A stretch of DNA of 64,000 nucleotides from Eledone cirrhosa (lineage: Eukaryota). The translations under genes were made by a program, and so were the position numbers. The notes beneath the pieces were generated by a model. That model worked only from the letters and a program-made list of their open reading frames with translations, searched no databases and had not been told where the DNA came from. Positions within the stretch are counted from its first letter, which is position 1. Each line of letters begins with the position of its first letter. Shown here piece after piece: positions 27,399 to 41,210 of the stretch. The stretch covers positions 182,032,001 through 182,096,000 of the forward strand of contig OZ024742.1 in NCBI GenBank assembly GCA_964016885.1, in the 5' to 3' direction.

Positions 27399-27699
27399 AT
27401 ATTTATTTATTGATTCTCTCGTCGCGAACGACAAATGTGGATTCGGAATTTGTTTTTTCAGTGCGTCTAGATTCCCAAAACACACATATGTCTCTTGAGA
27501 TCTGCAGCTGTCCTGCAGAACATTTGACAGCTGGAGCATGTCATAGACTCATTCTGACCAAGAGTCTGTGGATCACCCACCGCATGCTATCTTGAATGGA
27601 CTGTAAAGCCCGCTTTGCTCCGTACGATAAAATCACAGTGGCAAGTAAGCTTGTCTTTTTGAGAAGCCGCATGCTGCCAGCACGCCATGATATTTGCAC

Positions 27700-27950
27700 G
27701 GTCACTATGTTCAAGTCGCAATGTTGGTCACAATGTTCAAGTCAGCCCCTCTCAAACCTTTGCATAGATAAGAAGTAGCACTGACGCCAGCTCTTGTGCT
27801 CTGGTGCTTTCTTCTCCCACGAAGAGAAGAGGATATTACACCGTTTCAGATTGTCTTTCGGTTTATCTTTGAAGCGCAAGAGGTCTTCCAACTGGCCTGC
27901 CTGACGGTAACTGACCAAAAAGCAGCTGCTTAAGAAGTCTGACATCACTC
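27700..27950 (-). mobile_element. RTE-like LINE C-terminal remnant
   Basis: LRFKDKPKDNLKRCNI...WEKKAPEHKSWRQ resembles the RTE tail (KRYKDxLKxxLK..WE.LA.DR..WR). Confidence 0.65.
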
Positions 27951-28024
27951 AGTCAAGAAAGCTGCTCTGTCCATTCGAGCTTGACTTTCATGAAGATAGC
28001 GTCAATGCTTGATATGTGGCATTT

Positions 28025-28708
28025 ACACTGACAAAGGAACTCTGTACTAGTTTCAAGCTTATTAGCTATCGTCAGCAACGTATACCTTCCTGCCAGATTG
28101 TTGAACGTATATACTTACCTTATGCATACTAACGGCTGAGTAGCCCACTTTGCATATCGAGTGGGTTAATCGGCCGGGTGCACCGAAAACGATAAACGGA
28201 AAAAATGAAACGAAATTTCATTTCCAACTCTTAGTACGGCTGTTACTTAAATATAAGTATGTATACGTACATACATATATGTATACATACGTACAGTAGT
28301 ATGTATATATATATATATACATACATGCACATATATATATATATGTACGTATGGATTCACCGAACATTAACCCACTCGATATGCAAATTGAGCTACTCAG
28401 CCGTTAATATGCATAAGGTAAGTATATACGTTCAACAATCTGGCAGGAAGGTATACGTTGCTGACGATAGCTAATAAGCTTGAAACTAGTACAGCATTCC
28501 TTTGTCAGTGTTGAACAAACGAGCAACGATGGTTGCTAGACACTACGGCTTAATACGGGATGCTTGTTTACAAACACACCGAGCATTATAATAAATGTTC
28601 GGTGAATCCATACGTACGTATATATATATGTGTGCATGTATGTATATATATATATATACATACTACTGTACGTCTGTATACACATATGTATGTACGTGTA
28701 CATACTTA
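28025..28708. mobile_element. Family I termini with nested inversions; HHRs at 28042-28079 (-) and 28457-28495 (+)
   Basis: About 28025-28170 is the reverse complement of 28366-28511, and about 28256-28368 is the reverse complement of 28593-28707. HHR: gttg CTGACGA t agct aata agct t GAAA c ta g TA cagc. Confidence 0.8.
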
Positions 28709-28748
28709 TATATATATATATATATACATATATACATATATACATATA

Positions 28749-28806
<58 letters not shown>

Positions 28807-28807
28807 A

Positions 28808-28845
<38 letters not shown>

Positions 28846-29385
28846 GCGTTTGTATATAAATATTTAGATATATGCATACATACACAAGTTTCTATACAGG
28901 TATAGATTACTTTTTCATATTCCATTAATAATATTTACATATCCAATTATATACTGACGTTCACAATGTAACAGTATTTCTGGCAATTTTACTCAGTGTA
29001 TTAAAAAAGACACTTTTAGTCGCGCATACACACGCATGCACATGGATATACTGGTACACTTAAACACATACATATACAAATACATCCACGTATATGTGTT
29101 TAGATCTGTATTCCTATAATTCTAAAAACATGTGTGAATGTATGTGTGAATGTATGAATCTATTTATGTATGTATGTAAGTATGTATGTACGTATTTATG
29201 GATGTATGTGTGTATATTTGTGTGTATCTATTTGTAAATATTTATGCATAATACATTTATGCCCCAAAACGTTCAAACACAGATATTTATATATATAGGC
29301 TTGTATCTAGATGTGTATGTGTATACATACATGGGCGAGTGTACTCACCGACACACGCCAAAACACACACACACACACACACATA

Positions 29386-29458
<73 letters not shown>

Positions 29459-29570
29459 CTCTGTGTGTGTATATACACATACATATATATATTTAATTAT
29501 GTATAAATATGACTATATGTATCTGTATTATGTACATAAATATATACATTTATTTATATATAATTATGAC

Positions 29571-29739
<169 letters not shown>

Positions 29740-30028
29740 CATATATACATATATCTATGACGGTATGCAAATATGTATGTTTGTGTGTCCGCACGTGTGT
29801 TCCTTAATAGAATATAGAGTGTAATATAGCCAGAAAATAGTGTTATAGTGTGAACATGAAAAGATAATCAGCAATGGATGTATAATTAATGATAAAGGGG
29901 GAGGCAGACATAAACAATAGATGTATAATATATGAAACGTGGGTGGGGGAGGGGGCTAGATATACATACAAACATTCAATTACAGATAATTGTATTATTA
30001 GACGTAAATACAGTATGCATGTGTATAA

Positions 30029-30076
<48 letters not shown>

Positions 30077-30078
<2 letters not shown>

Positions 30079-30342
30079 CCAAAGACTAATATGGTTCGTT
30101 GAATACTCAACGAATACAATATTACAATAGATTAGAAGCACACAACCGTGGATTTTTTATGGAGTTTTTAATATTATTCAAAATGTTAATAAAAAACAAA
30201 TATTCTCATAATCAAAATATATATTTTATTATACATATTTCAAAGGTACAATGGTGTTTAAGTACGTTTTCATCAGACAAAATATATGATTTGATATGTG
30301 ACATACCGCTACGGTTTTGATTATTCAATTCCAGTATTGGCA

Positions 30343-30345
<3 letters not shown>
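30077..30345 (-). mobile_element. Family J terminus; HHR at 30228-30280
   Basis: Reverse complement: tgt CTGATGA aaacgtac...gtaccttt GAAA t at g TA taa. Homologous to 33065, 35270 and 40860. Confidence 0.65.
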
Positions 30346-30394
<49 letters not shown>

Positions 30395-30398
<4 letters not shown>

Positions 30399-30641
30399 TT
30401 AATATAGATGAGATTCTACAGGACTAAAACTGTTTCATTCTTTAGAAATCATCATGATTTCTAAAGAATGAAACAGTTTTAGTCCTGTAGAATCTCATCT
30501 ATATTAAAACTTTTATACTCTGCAATGTATTGAGTACCTTACTTACTGTGGTTACCTCCGATTCAACCCGGAATAACGTACTTTTTAGCACTCTCTGTGC
30601 CCCTTATAACCATCATCAAGAAACCATGCTGACCAAACTCG

Positions 30642-30646
<5 letters not shown>
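30395..30646 (+). mobile_element. Family K terminus with perfect palindrome 30395-30511 truncated inside an HHR core
   Basis: 58-bp arms around a 1-nt loop (30453). (A)TGATGA tttc taaa gaat GAAA cag...ctg TA gaatc. Confidence 0.7.
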
Positions 30647-30677
<31 letters not shown>

Positions 30678-30846
30678 TATATATATCTATATTTATATCT
30701 ATATATCTATATATCTATATATCTATGTATCTATATTGTTATGCTTGGGGAGGGTCATATTGTTATAAAATTGCCAGAAATAATATCAGAACAAACTCAC
30801 TGTATGGTTTGGGTTGGTTTTCGCTTCTGTATCTTTTAAATCTCCA

Positions 30847-30901
<55 letters not shown>

Positions 30902-30902
30902 G

Positions 30903-31216
30903 TTTTATGAAAGGTGGGTGAAAGTGGCGAGAATGGCCCGAGTGAATGGGCCTTCTCTCTATATCAGCCTGTAGGTTGAGGAAAAGGAGGAGGAGAGGAA
31001 AGGAGTACAAGCTCCTCGTACTCCTGGAGATGAGGGTTGCACATTTTTTTTTTCGGGGGTATGTGTTACCCATATAAACTGTCTCCCTCTATTGGGGAAA
31101 ATCGACTAACTTTTAAATTCCATCTGTGTTAACATTTTACACGTTTTTATTGTATGTAAACTTCCCCCTTTGTATTTGTCCCCTTCTTTTGTGCCCCTGT
31201 GGCTAATAAAGAAATA

Positions 31217-31263
<47 letters not shown>

Positions 31264-31545
31264 ATCTATATCTTAGGTGAGGAAGATGAAATATCAAGGG
31301 AGCATCCCCTCTCTGTGCTCCTCAGGAGAATGGTTGCACACTTTTTTCAGTGGTGTGTGCGACCCCCAAGGCGCCTCCTCCCTATTGAGGATTTTGTTAT
31401 TAAATGTATTTTTGTTATATTTTATATATTATTTTTATATCTTGCTGTTGCCTCCTCCTTATTGAGGACGCCTTTTTATGTAAACTCCCCCCATTGTACT
31501 TGTCCCACTCTTTGATGCCCTGGTGGCAAATAAAAAGAAAGTTAT
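30903..31545 (+). mobile_element. Two LINE-like 3' ends (possibly Tx1/L1) in (TATC)n
   Basis: 30903-31213 and 31275-31541 share TGTAAACT.CCCCC.TTGTA.TTGTCCC...CCC.GTGGC.AATAAA, each followed by (TATC)n. Clade assignment is inference. Confidence 0.55.
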
Positions 31546-31550
31546 CTATC

Positions 31551-31635
<85 letters not shown>

Positions 31636-31802
31636 ATATATATATATAAACAAAGAAAGGGTGGTAAGAAACCATGTAGACCATAACGCACCAGAGTACT
31701 TGATACTTAGGGTAGTAGCGGGGGTAATAGGAAAAGAGTTATTTCGGATCTAGCTGTCGAAACGGCCGGAGCTCATCCGTTGGGGTACTAACTCTTTTCC
31801 TG

Positions 31803-31867
<65 letters not shown>

Positions 31868-32001
31868 ATTGTTTCTACTTTAGGCACAAGCCAGCAATTA
31901 TCCAGTACATTACTGGTACTTTATTTTATCGACCCCGTAAGGATGAAAGGTAAAGTTAACCTCGATGGGATTTGAACTCAGACCATATATAATAATAAAT
32001 G

Positions 32002-32085
<84 letters not shown>

Positions 32086-32162
32086 TGATCGAGTATCGAA
32101 AAATCGGCGCACGAGTTCACGATAAACAAAATTCGAAATATATATATATATATTAATATATA

Positions 32163-32360
32163 TACGAGGGGATCTTGGCATTAAGACTATCAGAGGGGCC
32201 TGGTTGGAGTCCCAATTTTTTTGTGGTCCTTTTACAGGGTTTAGGAAACCCGATGGACCGCTTCAATACGTGTGTGAAGATGTTTAACAAAATCATAATT
32301 CACCGATCCTCCTGTATTTTCTTTTACCCAAAGCAAGGAACTTTTCAGCACCCCCGCGTA
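32163..32360. mobile_element. Mariner-like deletion derivative
   Basis: TACGAGGGG start and ...AGGAACTTTTCAGCACCCCCGCGTA end. Confidence 0.55.
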
Positions 32361-32385
32361 TATATATATATATATATATATATAT

Positions 32386-32574
32386 AGGAACCAGTAAGAC
32401 CCCGACGACTGAGCTCAAGCCGTTTCGAGGGCTAATTCTCAGAATTAGCCGTCGAAACGGCTTGAGCTCAGCCGTCGGGGTCTTACTGGTTCCTATTACC
32501 CACTCTACTACCCCAAGTATTGAGTACTTTGGTGCGTTATGGTCCACCTGGTTCCTTACCACATTTCCTTCGTT
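32386..32574 (+). mobile_element. Family A terminus with 5' snap-back inversion
   Basis: Inverted AGGAACC...AATTCT directly joined to CAGAATTAGCC...CCTTCGT-(TA)n. Confidence 0.9.
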
Positions 32575-32945
32575 ATATATATATATATATATATATATAT
32601 ACGTACACACACGTAATATATGTATGTATGTATGTGTCAATATAAGCACACATAGCATACTTCGTACTATATATGTTAATTAATTACTAACACGAGCGCT
32701 AGTTATATGCAATTATATATGTTTGATTGGATGGATGTTATGCACGTCCTAATAAGATCGAAAAATCGATTAAAGGTGTTTAACTACTATTCAATTTACA
32801 GGATAATTCATATATCCTGGCATGTGTATATGCTTATATATTAGATATGTGTATATATTTAAACACGTTGGTGTGGCCTCGGTTACTCACTCTATATTCA
32901 TACAGATATAACTTTATCATACACATCAGGTACAAGCCCACTTTT

Positions 32946-33008
<63 letters not shown>

Positions 33009-33064
33009 ATATTTTCAATTATATATATACATACATATAAATATATATATATATATATGGAAAG

Positions 33065-33492
33065 TTATATTTAAATTGTTGGGTTACAACGAGTAAATAT
33101 TTATAACTGATATAAAAGCACTCAACAAGTATTTGGAGTATATTTACGATATTAAATAAATGGAAACTATATTTATAAAACCATATTTATTTCATTATAT
33201 ATATTTTAGGGATATCATATTAACAATATGTTATGCCTTCTTCAGACAAAATACAATATAGACAGTTTTATAAATAAATAGATTTGACATACCGTTCAAC
33301 ATCGACTTGAAATCGACTTTTCAAATGCAAGTCGATGTTGAAAGGTATGTCAAATCTATTTATTTATAAAACTGTCTATATTGTATTTTGTCTGAAGAAG
33401 GCATAACATATTGTTAATATGATATCCCTGAAATATATATAATGAAATAAATATGGTTTTATAAATATAGTTTCCATTTATTTAATATCGTA
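33065..33492. mobile_element. Family J termini forming a 165-bp-arm palindrome; HHR at 33388-33443 (+)
   Basis: 33145-33309 is the reverse complement of 33328-33492. ttgt CTGAAGA aggcata...tatccct GAAA t at a TA taa. Confidence 0.8.
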
Positions 33493-33534
33493 TATATATA
33501 TATATATATAATATTTTCAATTATATATACATAC

Positions 33535-33614
<80 letters not shown>

Positions 33615-33623
33615 TTGTGTGTG

Positions 33624-33654
<31 letters not shown>

Positions 33655-33659
33655 ATATA

Positions 33660-33702
<43 letters not shown>

Positions 33703-34084
33703 ATAATTAAAAGTAAGTAGCAACAGTGTGTCAGATAGTTTATTCAGGTGTGATATATATAAAACAGAATGAAGGTACAGTCCCAAATTATTTCCTAGGT
33801 ACATACATTTGATAAATCTACCGTACTTTTGAACATATAATATATGAATAAGATTTGCGGTGCTGTGATAATACTTGTAGTAGCGGTGTGGTGGAGTGAT
33901 AGCAGTGACAGTGGAGTGATAGCGATGGCGTGATGTAGCGGCGACAGGGTCAAATGAGGGTATGCTGATTGAGTGTGGCTCGCTGAGAGCTCAACTTTGT
34001 CTTTTTCAATTCCACTCTATTACACATACGAATATAGTTAGTGAAACTATATATATATATATATATATACGTATATATATATAC

Positions 34085-34169
<85 letters not shown>

Positions 34170-34172
<3 letters not shown>

Positions 34173-35160
34173 TAAAATAACAGATTAAAGTTTAAGCAAA
34201 GAATCGCTGCTTTCACCCTTAACGGGATCTTCTGAAACTTACATATTCTGGTATTTAGGGTTTGGCTATGTGTATACGGGAGTTTTGCGTCTGCGTGAGT
34301 ATGCAGGTTCGTACGTATGGTGGGTGTGTGTATATGTGTACTTCTTGTTTTAGTTGACTTACGTCTCCGAACATTCGTGTATTTATATGTAGGTATGCGT
34401 GTGCGCTTGTTATATACGTATTTATTTACTTATATACGTTTATATAATTATTTATTTATTTGTACACAAGCATACACACACACACATATTTATATGTGCG
34501 TCGTTTTGTATACCTATGGTAAGGTTTTGCGTATGCTTGTGTATGTACGTATCTGTTTGCGTGTATGTATTTATTTGTTTCTATTACTTCTGTATTGTAT
34601 TTATTTACTTTATTCTTAACTCTGTAGCGGAGATTCATTCGGTCTCCTAGTTAGAATTTAGTCTACGACTTCTGCTATACCATTTACGTGGTTTTGTCTT
34701 TGCGTGCTATTGTTCTCCACGCTCCACATATGACTTATTATCTTCGTTTTTTCGTTCATTGCCAGAGAACGTCTCTATGCACCACCTAAGAGAACATTAG
34801 TCTACGACCTCTTTTATACCATAAACGTGGTTCTGTCTTTGCGCGTAATTGTTTTTCACCGATCCTATTAATGACGTATTATTCGTTTTTTCCCGTTCTT
34901 TGCCAGCGAACGTTACCACGAACCAAAGTATCGTCTTCCTGTCTTCCTCCGGTTGAAACGTTTTTTGAAATATCCAGTTCTGCGTTTACAGATTGACTTT
35001 GTTAGTTTCAGAAGATCCCGTTAAGGGTGAAAGCAACGATTCTTTGCTTAAAATTTAATCTGTTATTTTAATAAATATTTGCTCTACGGTTCTTATATAT
35101 TTGATATATATTTTCCTTATCGAGCCCTCTTTGGATTTTAGTCTTCAATTTTACTATTAT

Positions 35161-35165
<5 letters not shown>
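34170..35165 (+). mobile_element. Family G element of about 1 kb, non-coding, inverted 5' end; HHRs at 34189-34239 (-) and 35004-35053 (+)
   Basis: 3' part matches 26351-26553. Internal duplication of about 120 bp (TTAGTCTACGAC... at about 34658 and 34797). (TA)n on both sides. Confidence 0.75.
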
Positions 35166-35256
<91 letters not shown>

Positions 35257-35269
35257 ATATACTGGCACT

Positions 35270-35625
35270 CAATATACAATATATTAATAAAGTGAAACTA
35301 TATTTATAAAACCATAATTATTTTATTATATATATTTCAAGGGCAACCAATGTTAATTATGGTGCGCTTTCATCAGATAAAATACAGATTAGTTTTATAA
35401 ATAAATATTGACATACCCGGAAAAAAGACAACCTTAACGGTTGAAATTCGCTGGATAGTGGAGATAATTGAGGGTGATACAAAGTTGTGAGTGAGTATGC
35501 AAATGAGTGTCAGAAAAATTGAAAATATATGTATATTTACTCCACTAGCTTGTTGAGTGCTTTATATAAGTTATAAAAATTGTTTAAGCTTGTTGAATCC
35601 CAACAAATTAAATATAACCTCTCTG
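35270..35625. mobile_element. Family J terminus with inversion; HHR at 35326-35380 (-)
   Basis: Homologous to 40860-41210. Reverse complement: ttat CTGATGA aagcgcacca...ttggttgccctt GAAA tata TA taa. Confidence 0.7.
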
Positions 35626-35645
35626 CATATATATATATATACCCC

Positions 35646-35708
<63 letters not shown>

Positions 35709-36315
35709 TGTGTATGTGTGTGTGCGAGCGTGTGTGTTTCACTATATAGACACAGCTGGGTTTGTAGATTAAGAGATATGATCGTTCAATATTGTGTTAT
35801 TAATCGATATATTTCTATTATTTATAATTATGACACCAATATTGTTGAAATATTTTATTTTTATAGTCCCGGACTGGTTTCCCGACATACAAACAATCAC
35901 ACAAATTTTTGCTAACTTAATAGTTTGCACAAATGAAACAATTACTTATATGTATTACTACGATGTGGAAGAGATTAAAAATAATATATTTGTAATGATA
36001 TTTTAATAATTCATTTCTAGGATATAATTATATAAATGTTTTTCATGCATGTACAATTGACATACAGCGTTAAATGTATGAATCAATTTGGAGTAACCAC
36101 TGCCAGGGATTACATTTAGGATCGGAACCGAGGACCTTGTGATTGGAAAGCAAACTTATCGAAACAATATGATTGAGATACGAGATGCATTCTGTGTGCT
36201 TTTTTGCGTGTATGTGTAAATGGTACAGTTACCGGCACACGTACTCATACACACACTCACACACACACACACACACAGACACACATACACACATCTATAT
36301 ATCTATCTTCATATA

Positions 36316-36540
36316 CAGTGGCAGACTAGGTCTAAAAATATTGGTAGCAAGGAGATGAAGGGGGCCCACCTACATATAGAATGCTATCATTTAATTTTTA
36401 TAATGAATAAATAACATTTCCAAAAAATACATAAATGGAAACAAAACAGTGCAATCAAATTTTTGTGGAAAAATATCTTACATTCTCCAATAAAAAATAT
36501 CATGTATTTTGCAAAATCCAGAGACTTTCAATAATAACAA
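36316..36540 (+). mobile_element. hAT-like left end (second copy at 40430-40648)
   Basis: CAGTGGC(A/G)GACTAGG start; about 220 bp shared with 40430. Confidence 0.7.
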
Positions 36541-36541
36541 T

Positions 36542-36977
36542 AAGTCGACCATAAGTATTACTAATAGCTCTAGGAAAGCCATGAACGACACCACATCTTT
36601 CTAACTTTGATTTTGAAAGTAGGTTTATAATTATCAATTTTCATTCTACTTGTGTAGCTGTCTCGGTGGCCTAGTTGGAGGAATCATGGACGGTAGTGAT
36701 CCTGGTTGAGAGGAGGGTTGCCGGTAAACCTTTTCAGTTTTATTGTATGAGTTGTAAAATAAAAACTGAAAAAGGTTACATGTACCTCTTGCCCAGGATT
36801 GAAGCCAAGGCCAGTATCTCCACTGTCTCTAGTACCTACCACTAGGCCATAGAGACAACTACGAAAATCCCATGAAAATTCATACTTATAAACCTACCTT
36901 CAAAAATTTTCAATACAAAGTGTTGTGGTGTCGTTTATATCTATCTTAATGTTAGTTCTCCTACTTAAGGTCGACTT
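36542..36977. mobile_element. Old foldback/MITE with tRNA-like arms
   Basis: Ends AAGTCGACC.TAAGTA / TACTTAAGGTCGACTT. Arms pair along their length (TTTTGAAAGTAGGTTTATAA / TTATAAACCTACCTTCAAAA; CTTTTCAGTTTT / AAAACTGAAAA). Confidence 0.7.
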
Positions 36978-37225
36978 CTAAATCATTTGGGTGTTACATA
37001 AACTACACCCTCTTTTTGTTTCACATCTATCTAGACTATATTTTAACCTGTAATCCATGTTTCATTTCTGTTGCACCTCATTCCCCCCCCCCTCTCTCTC
37101 TCTTTCTTTCTCTCTGTGATATTTGAATCTACTATGATTTGGGCTTACCTTATTCCTATATATATGTTTTTGCATGCCAGTTAGATTCAAACTTAAAATG
37201 ATTGGCATTATATATATATATATAA

Positions 37226-37410
37226 TGGTGGATTGGCAGTATCGGTAGAGAGTCGGACGCTATGCTTTCCAGCATAGTTACGTCCCTTTACGATCTGAGT
37301 TCAAATCCCGCCGAGGTTCACTTTGCCTTTCATCCTTACGGGGTCGATAAAATAAAGTACCAGTAATGCACTGGGTAATTGCTGGCCTTGTGCCAAAAGT
37401 AGAAACAATT
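37226..37410 (+). mobile_element. SINE, near full length
   Basis: Same family as 8832. Confidence 0.9.
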
Positions 37411-37737
37411 ATATATATATATATATACACAGTTCAAGAGTAACCAATCTTAAAGAGAGAGATGGAGATAGGAGAGGAGATATGAGGGGAGAGATTGGTG
37501 AATTAGTTAGAAGCCAAAGCGTAAAGGCATGTGCTCAATGTGCAATATGCAGTAGAAAGCAGCTAGGTGGCTGGTTTCATGCAGAAATTAGGTGCACAGA
37601 GCTGGAAATATTCATTAGTTAAGCAAAACAAGACCACAAATTTCACAAGGAAGACATTATTAAAAGATTGTCAACATATTTTAGTTTGATGTAAGGAATG
37701 TAGAGAATAATAATAATAATAATAATAATATTAATAA

Positions 37738-37938
37738 TAATTGTTTCTACTTTAGGCACAAGGCCAGCAATTACCCAGTGCATTACTGGTACTTTATTTT
37801 ATCGACCCCGTAAGGATGAAAGGCAAAGTCAACCTCGGCGGGATTTGAACTCAGATCGTAAAGAGACGTAACTATGCTGGAAAGCATGGCGTCCGACCCT
37901 CTACCGACACTGCCAATCCACGGCCAATCCACCGCCCT
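37738..37938 (-). mobile_element. SINE, near full length
   Basis: Same family; inverted relative to the 37226 copy. Confidence 0.9.
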
Positions 37939-37964
37939 AAATAATATTAATAATAATAATGTCC

Positions 37965-38085
37965 GTTTACAATTGTTTCGCTACTCTATATAATATTTCT
38001 GGATCATATGACTATATATCATAATTGATCTGGTTCAGTTGAAAATAATTAACATATTTAAAAAAACAGAGCGGCTCATCGGAAC
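37965..38085 (-). ncRNA. HHR with CCGAUGA core and long stem II (family L)
   Basis: Reverse complement: gtt CCGATGA gccgctct...agagtagc GAAA c aatt g TA aac. Adjacent to a 68-bp inverted repeat 38101-38168 / 38234-38302. Confidence 0.65.
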
Positions 38086-39642
38086 TTCAAAGGAATATAT
38101 ATTAAAATAATGAGAGAATGTTACATAATATAATGTTCCATATATTGGTTTTTCACTATGGTGTCTTGGGTTACCCATAGGCAGATGTCACATAATGCCG
38201 CCTCGACAGATGAATGGCTGACAACTGATGCAACCAAGACACCATAGTGAAAAACCAATATATGGAACATTATATTATGTAACATTTTCTCATTATTTTA
38301 ATTGGAAATTATGATTACAATAACTTACCGAATTTTCCCGTCTATAAATTGCACTTAAAATAATTAAATTTAATCAAAAAACAGCTCTGCGCTTTATACT
38401 CCGGTGAGCCTTATGTATAAATAATACAATGGTAATCAATCACGGCTCTAACAGAAGTAATAGATCTAGACTAAAAGTAAAGAAGATAGCATTTTCCTGG
38501 TTGGCCTTACACGCCGTTGCGCGGACCTGATTTTAAATGATACGCCTTATATCCTGGTGAACCTTATAGAACGGAAAATATCTATTGGAAAAGAATACGA
38601 ATTCATGACCAAGGTGTGACAAAATAGGCGTCTATACAGCGCCTGAAACAAACTTGTCCAAAAGCCTAGGATTTTTCTCGTTAAGTATCCACCCAAAAGG
38701 AACCTTATTTTAGTTACAAAAAATAACCAAAGTGTATAGTAGCTATATTTCTGACATATCATGCCAAAAAGAACAATATATTCAAAAAATGTTCTAAAGT
38801 ACATTCAATCTCTCTTTTTGACCGATATCTTAATAAGCAAGTTATCGATTTTTTATTGGCTGTCAGTGTCTATCTGCATGCAGGTGTGCACGTGTGCGCA
38901 ATTAATTGCAAATACGCTCATAACATTTAGTCGTAAGCAGAACAAAAAATGCCATTAGAGGTGGGCTAATAATGAAGACACAAACCCTGGTGAACTTACG
39001 TTTAAACACCCGAAAAGTTACTCACTTCCTGTGCAAAAGACTGTATTATAAATTAAGTGATTTTTTAGAATCTTTTGTTTAAAAAAGGAAAACATTGGTA
39101 CGACGTAAATTTTTTTACTTGTATTGTATGTGTACAATACAACTTGGTCAACGTATTATTTATTAATTTTTTTTTCAAAAAGCATGATTATTTAAGACTG
39201 TTTGAAAATTTACTCACAGCTTTTAGGTTCACAAAAGACACCATTAAATTTGGTTCCCTTTTCAGATAGGGATAATACTGTATTTCCACTTGAATAAGGT
39301 GGAATATGAAAAGATAAACTCTTTAATGGTTGGTCGTTTACTGAGACAGCTGGGAAGACATGCAGCTGGCCGTCCAATCAATAACGCACGTCCTTATATG
39401 GGCATATGAAATTTATTTTTATTGCGCCAGATGTAAACTAAGAGTTCTTGTGTTCGAATTCACATAAAATTTCATTGGAATCGAAAAACATTCTGTCATA
39501 GAGCCCGATTATCGATTTTTCGAAAATTTCAAGTAGCCTATTCCACTCTACGCGTTGAGTTTTATATATGTGTGAGGTTTCATCAAAATTGGATGAACGT
39601 TGTAGCATGCAAGTTCGGTACACTAAACAATGTCCATCTTCC

Positions 39643-39747
<105 letters not shown>

Positions 39748-39782
39748 AAATGTTCGCTCTATCTGAGTTTATCGAATATTAA

Positions 39783-39975
39783 TAATTGTTTCTACTTTAG
39801 GCACAAGGCCAGCAATTACCCAGTGCATTACTGGTACTTTATTTTATCGACCCCGTAAGGATGAAAGGCAAAGTTAACCTCGGCGCGATTTGAACTCAGA
39901 ATGGCAAGGACCGTAACTCTATGTGTCAAAGCATGACGTCCAACGCTCTACCGATACTGCCAATCCTCCACCCTG
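39783..39975 (-). mobile_element. SINE
   Basis: Same family as 8832. Confidence 0.88.
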
Positions 39976-39977
39976 AT

Positions 39978-40390
39978 CGAATATTAATAATAACATTCGA
40001 TTCGTTTGCAATTATACAAACAAGCCTCAATTTTATAGCCATGTCAGTAGAATGAACCCTTAATTCTTGCTCTCGTGTTGGCATCCGAACAGAACTGCAA
40101 ACACTGATGTTTCTGGGTATCACGCTTCATCAGTACAGCTCACTGTTCACCTGCCAAACTGTCAGAGCTAATGAAAATATATGCTATTTTCAAAAATACA
40201 CATTGACTGCTCGGCTTGATTTGCATATTAGCAGACTGGCTGATCAGTCAGATCTGTCTGCATATTAGCAGATCCACTGATCAGCCAGATTTGCATATCA
40301 ACAGACTGGCCAGTCAGTTTCCTGTATACGAACGATATATGGCTTGTTTGTATAATTGCAAACGAATCGAATTTTATTAAAATTCGAAAA
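39978..40390 (-). mobile_element. Family M element; HHR at 40092-40141
   Basis: Reverse complement of about 57830-58186. Confidence 0.75.
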
Positions 40391-40391
40391 A

Positions 40392-40432
<41 letters not shown>

Positions 40433-40682
40433 TGGCGGACTAGGTCTAAAAGTATTGGTTGCCAGATGAAGGGGGCACACCTACATATAGAATGCTATCA
40501 TTTAATTTTTATAATGAATAAATAACATTTTCAAAAAATACATAAGTGGAAACAAAACAGTGCAATCAAATTTTTGCGGAAAAATAACTTACCTTCTCCA
40601 ATAAAAAATATTATGCACTTTGCGAAATCCAGTAACTTTCAATAATGACCTTTGGTCCTTCACTCTCTCCCTCTCTTTCTCT

Positions 40683-40747
<65 letters not shown>

Positions 40748-40859
40748 TATCTCTCTCTCACTATCTCTCTCTCTGTCTCTCTCTCTATCTCTCTCGTAAT
40801 ATTATTATTTTTTCTCTCTGTCTTTCTTCTCTCTCTTTCTCCAGTGTCATTTAAATAAA

Positions 40860-41210
40860 CGGTTGTTTTTCAATTATTTACATATTCAGTTACATATTCA
40901 CACATAAGTTTGAATAATCCCTAACATATTTCCACTATCCAGTGAATTTCCAACCGATAAGGTATGTTTTCATGGGTACGTCTCTATTTATAAAACAAAC
41001 TTTGTATTTTATCTGATGAAAGCGTACCAATGTTGTCTTGGTTGCCCTTGAAATATATATAATATAATAAATATGGTTTTATAAATATAGTTTCCATTTA
41101 TTTAATACCATTGAATATTTACTCCAGTAAACTGTTGAGTGCTCTAAATCAGTTATAAACATTTATGTTTGTCGGACTTCCAACAAATTAAATACAACTT
41201 CTACTTTTAT
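40860..41210 (+). mobile_element. Family J terminus; HHR at 41009-41063
   Basis: ttat CTGATGA aagcgtaccaa...ttggttgccctt GAAA tata TA taa. Confidence 0.7.

Noticed and set aside
38326-39610. Possible DNA transposon remnants (TACCGAATTTTCCCG...; TTTCATCAAAATTGG)
   Set aside because: Could not pair termini or find coding remnants.
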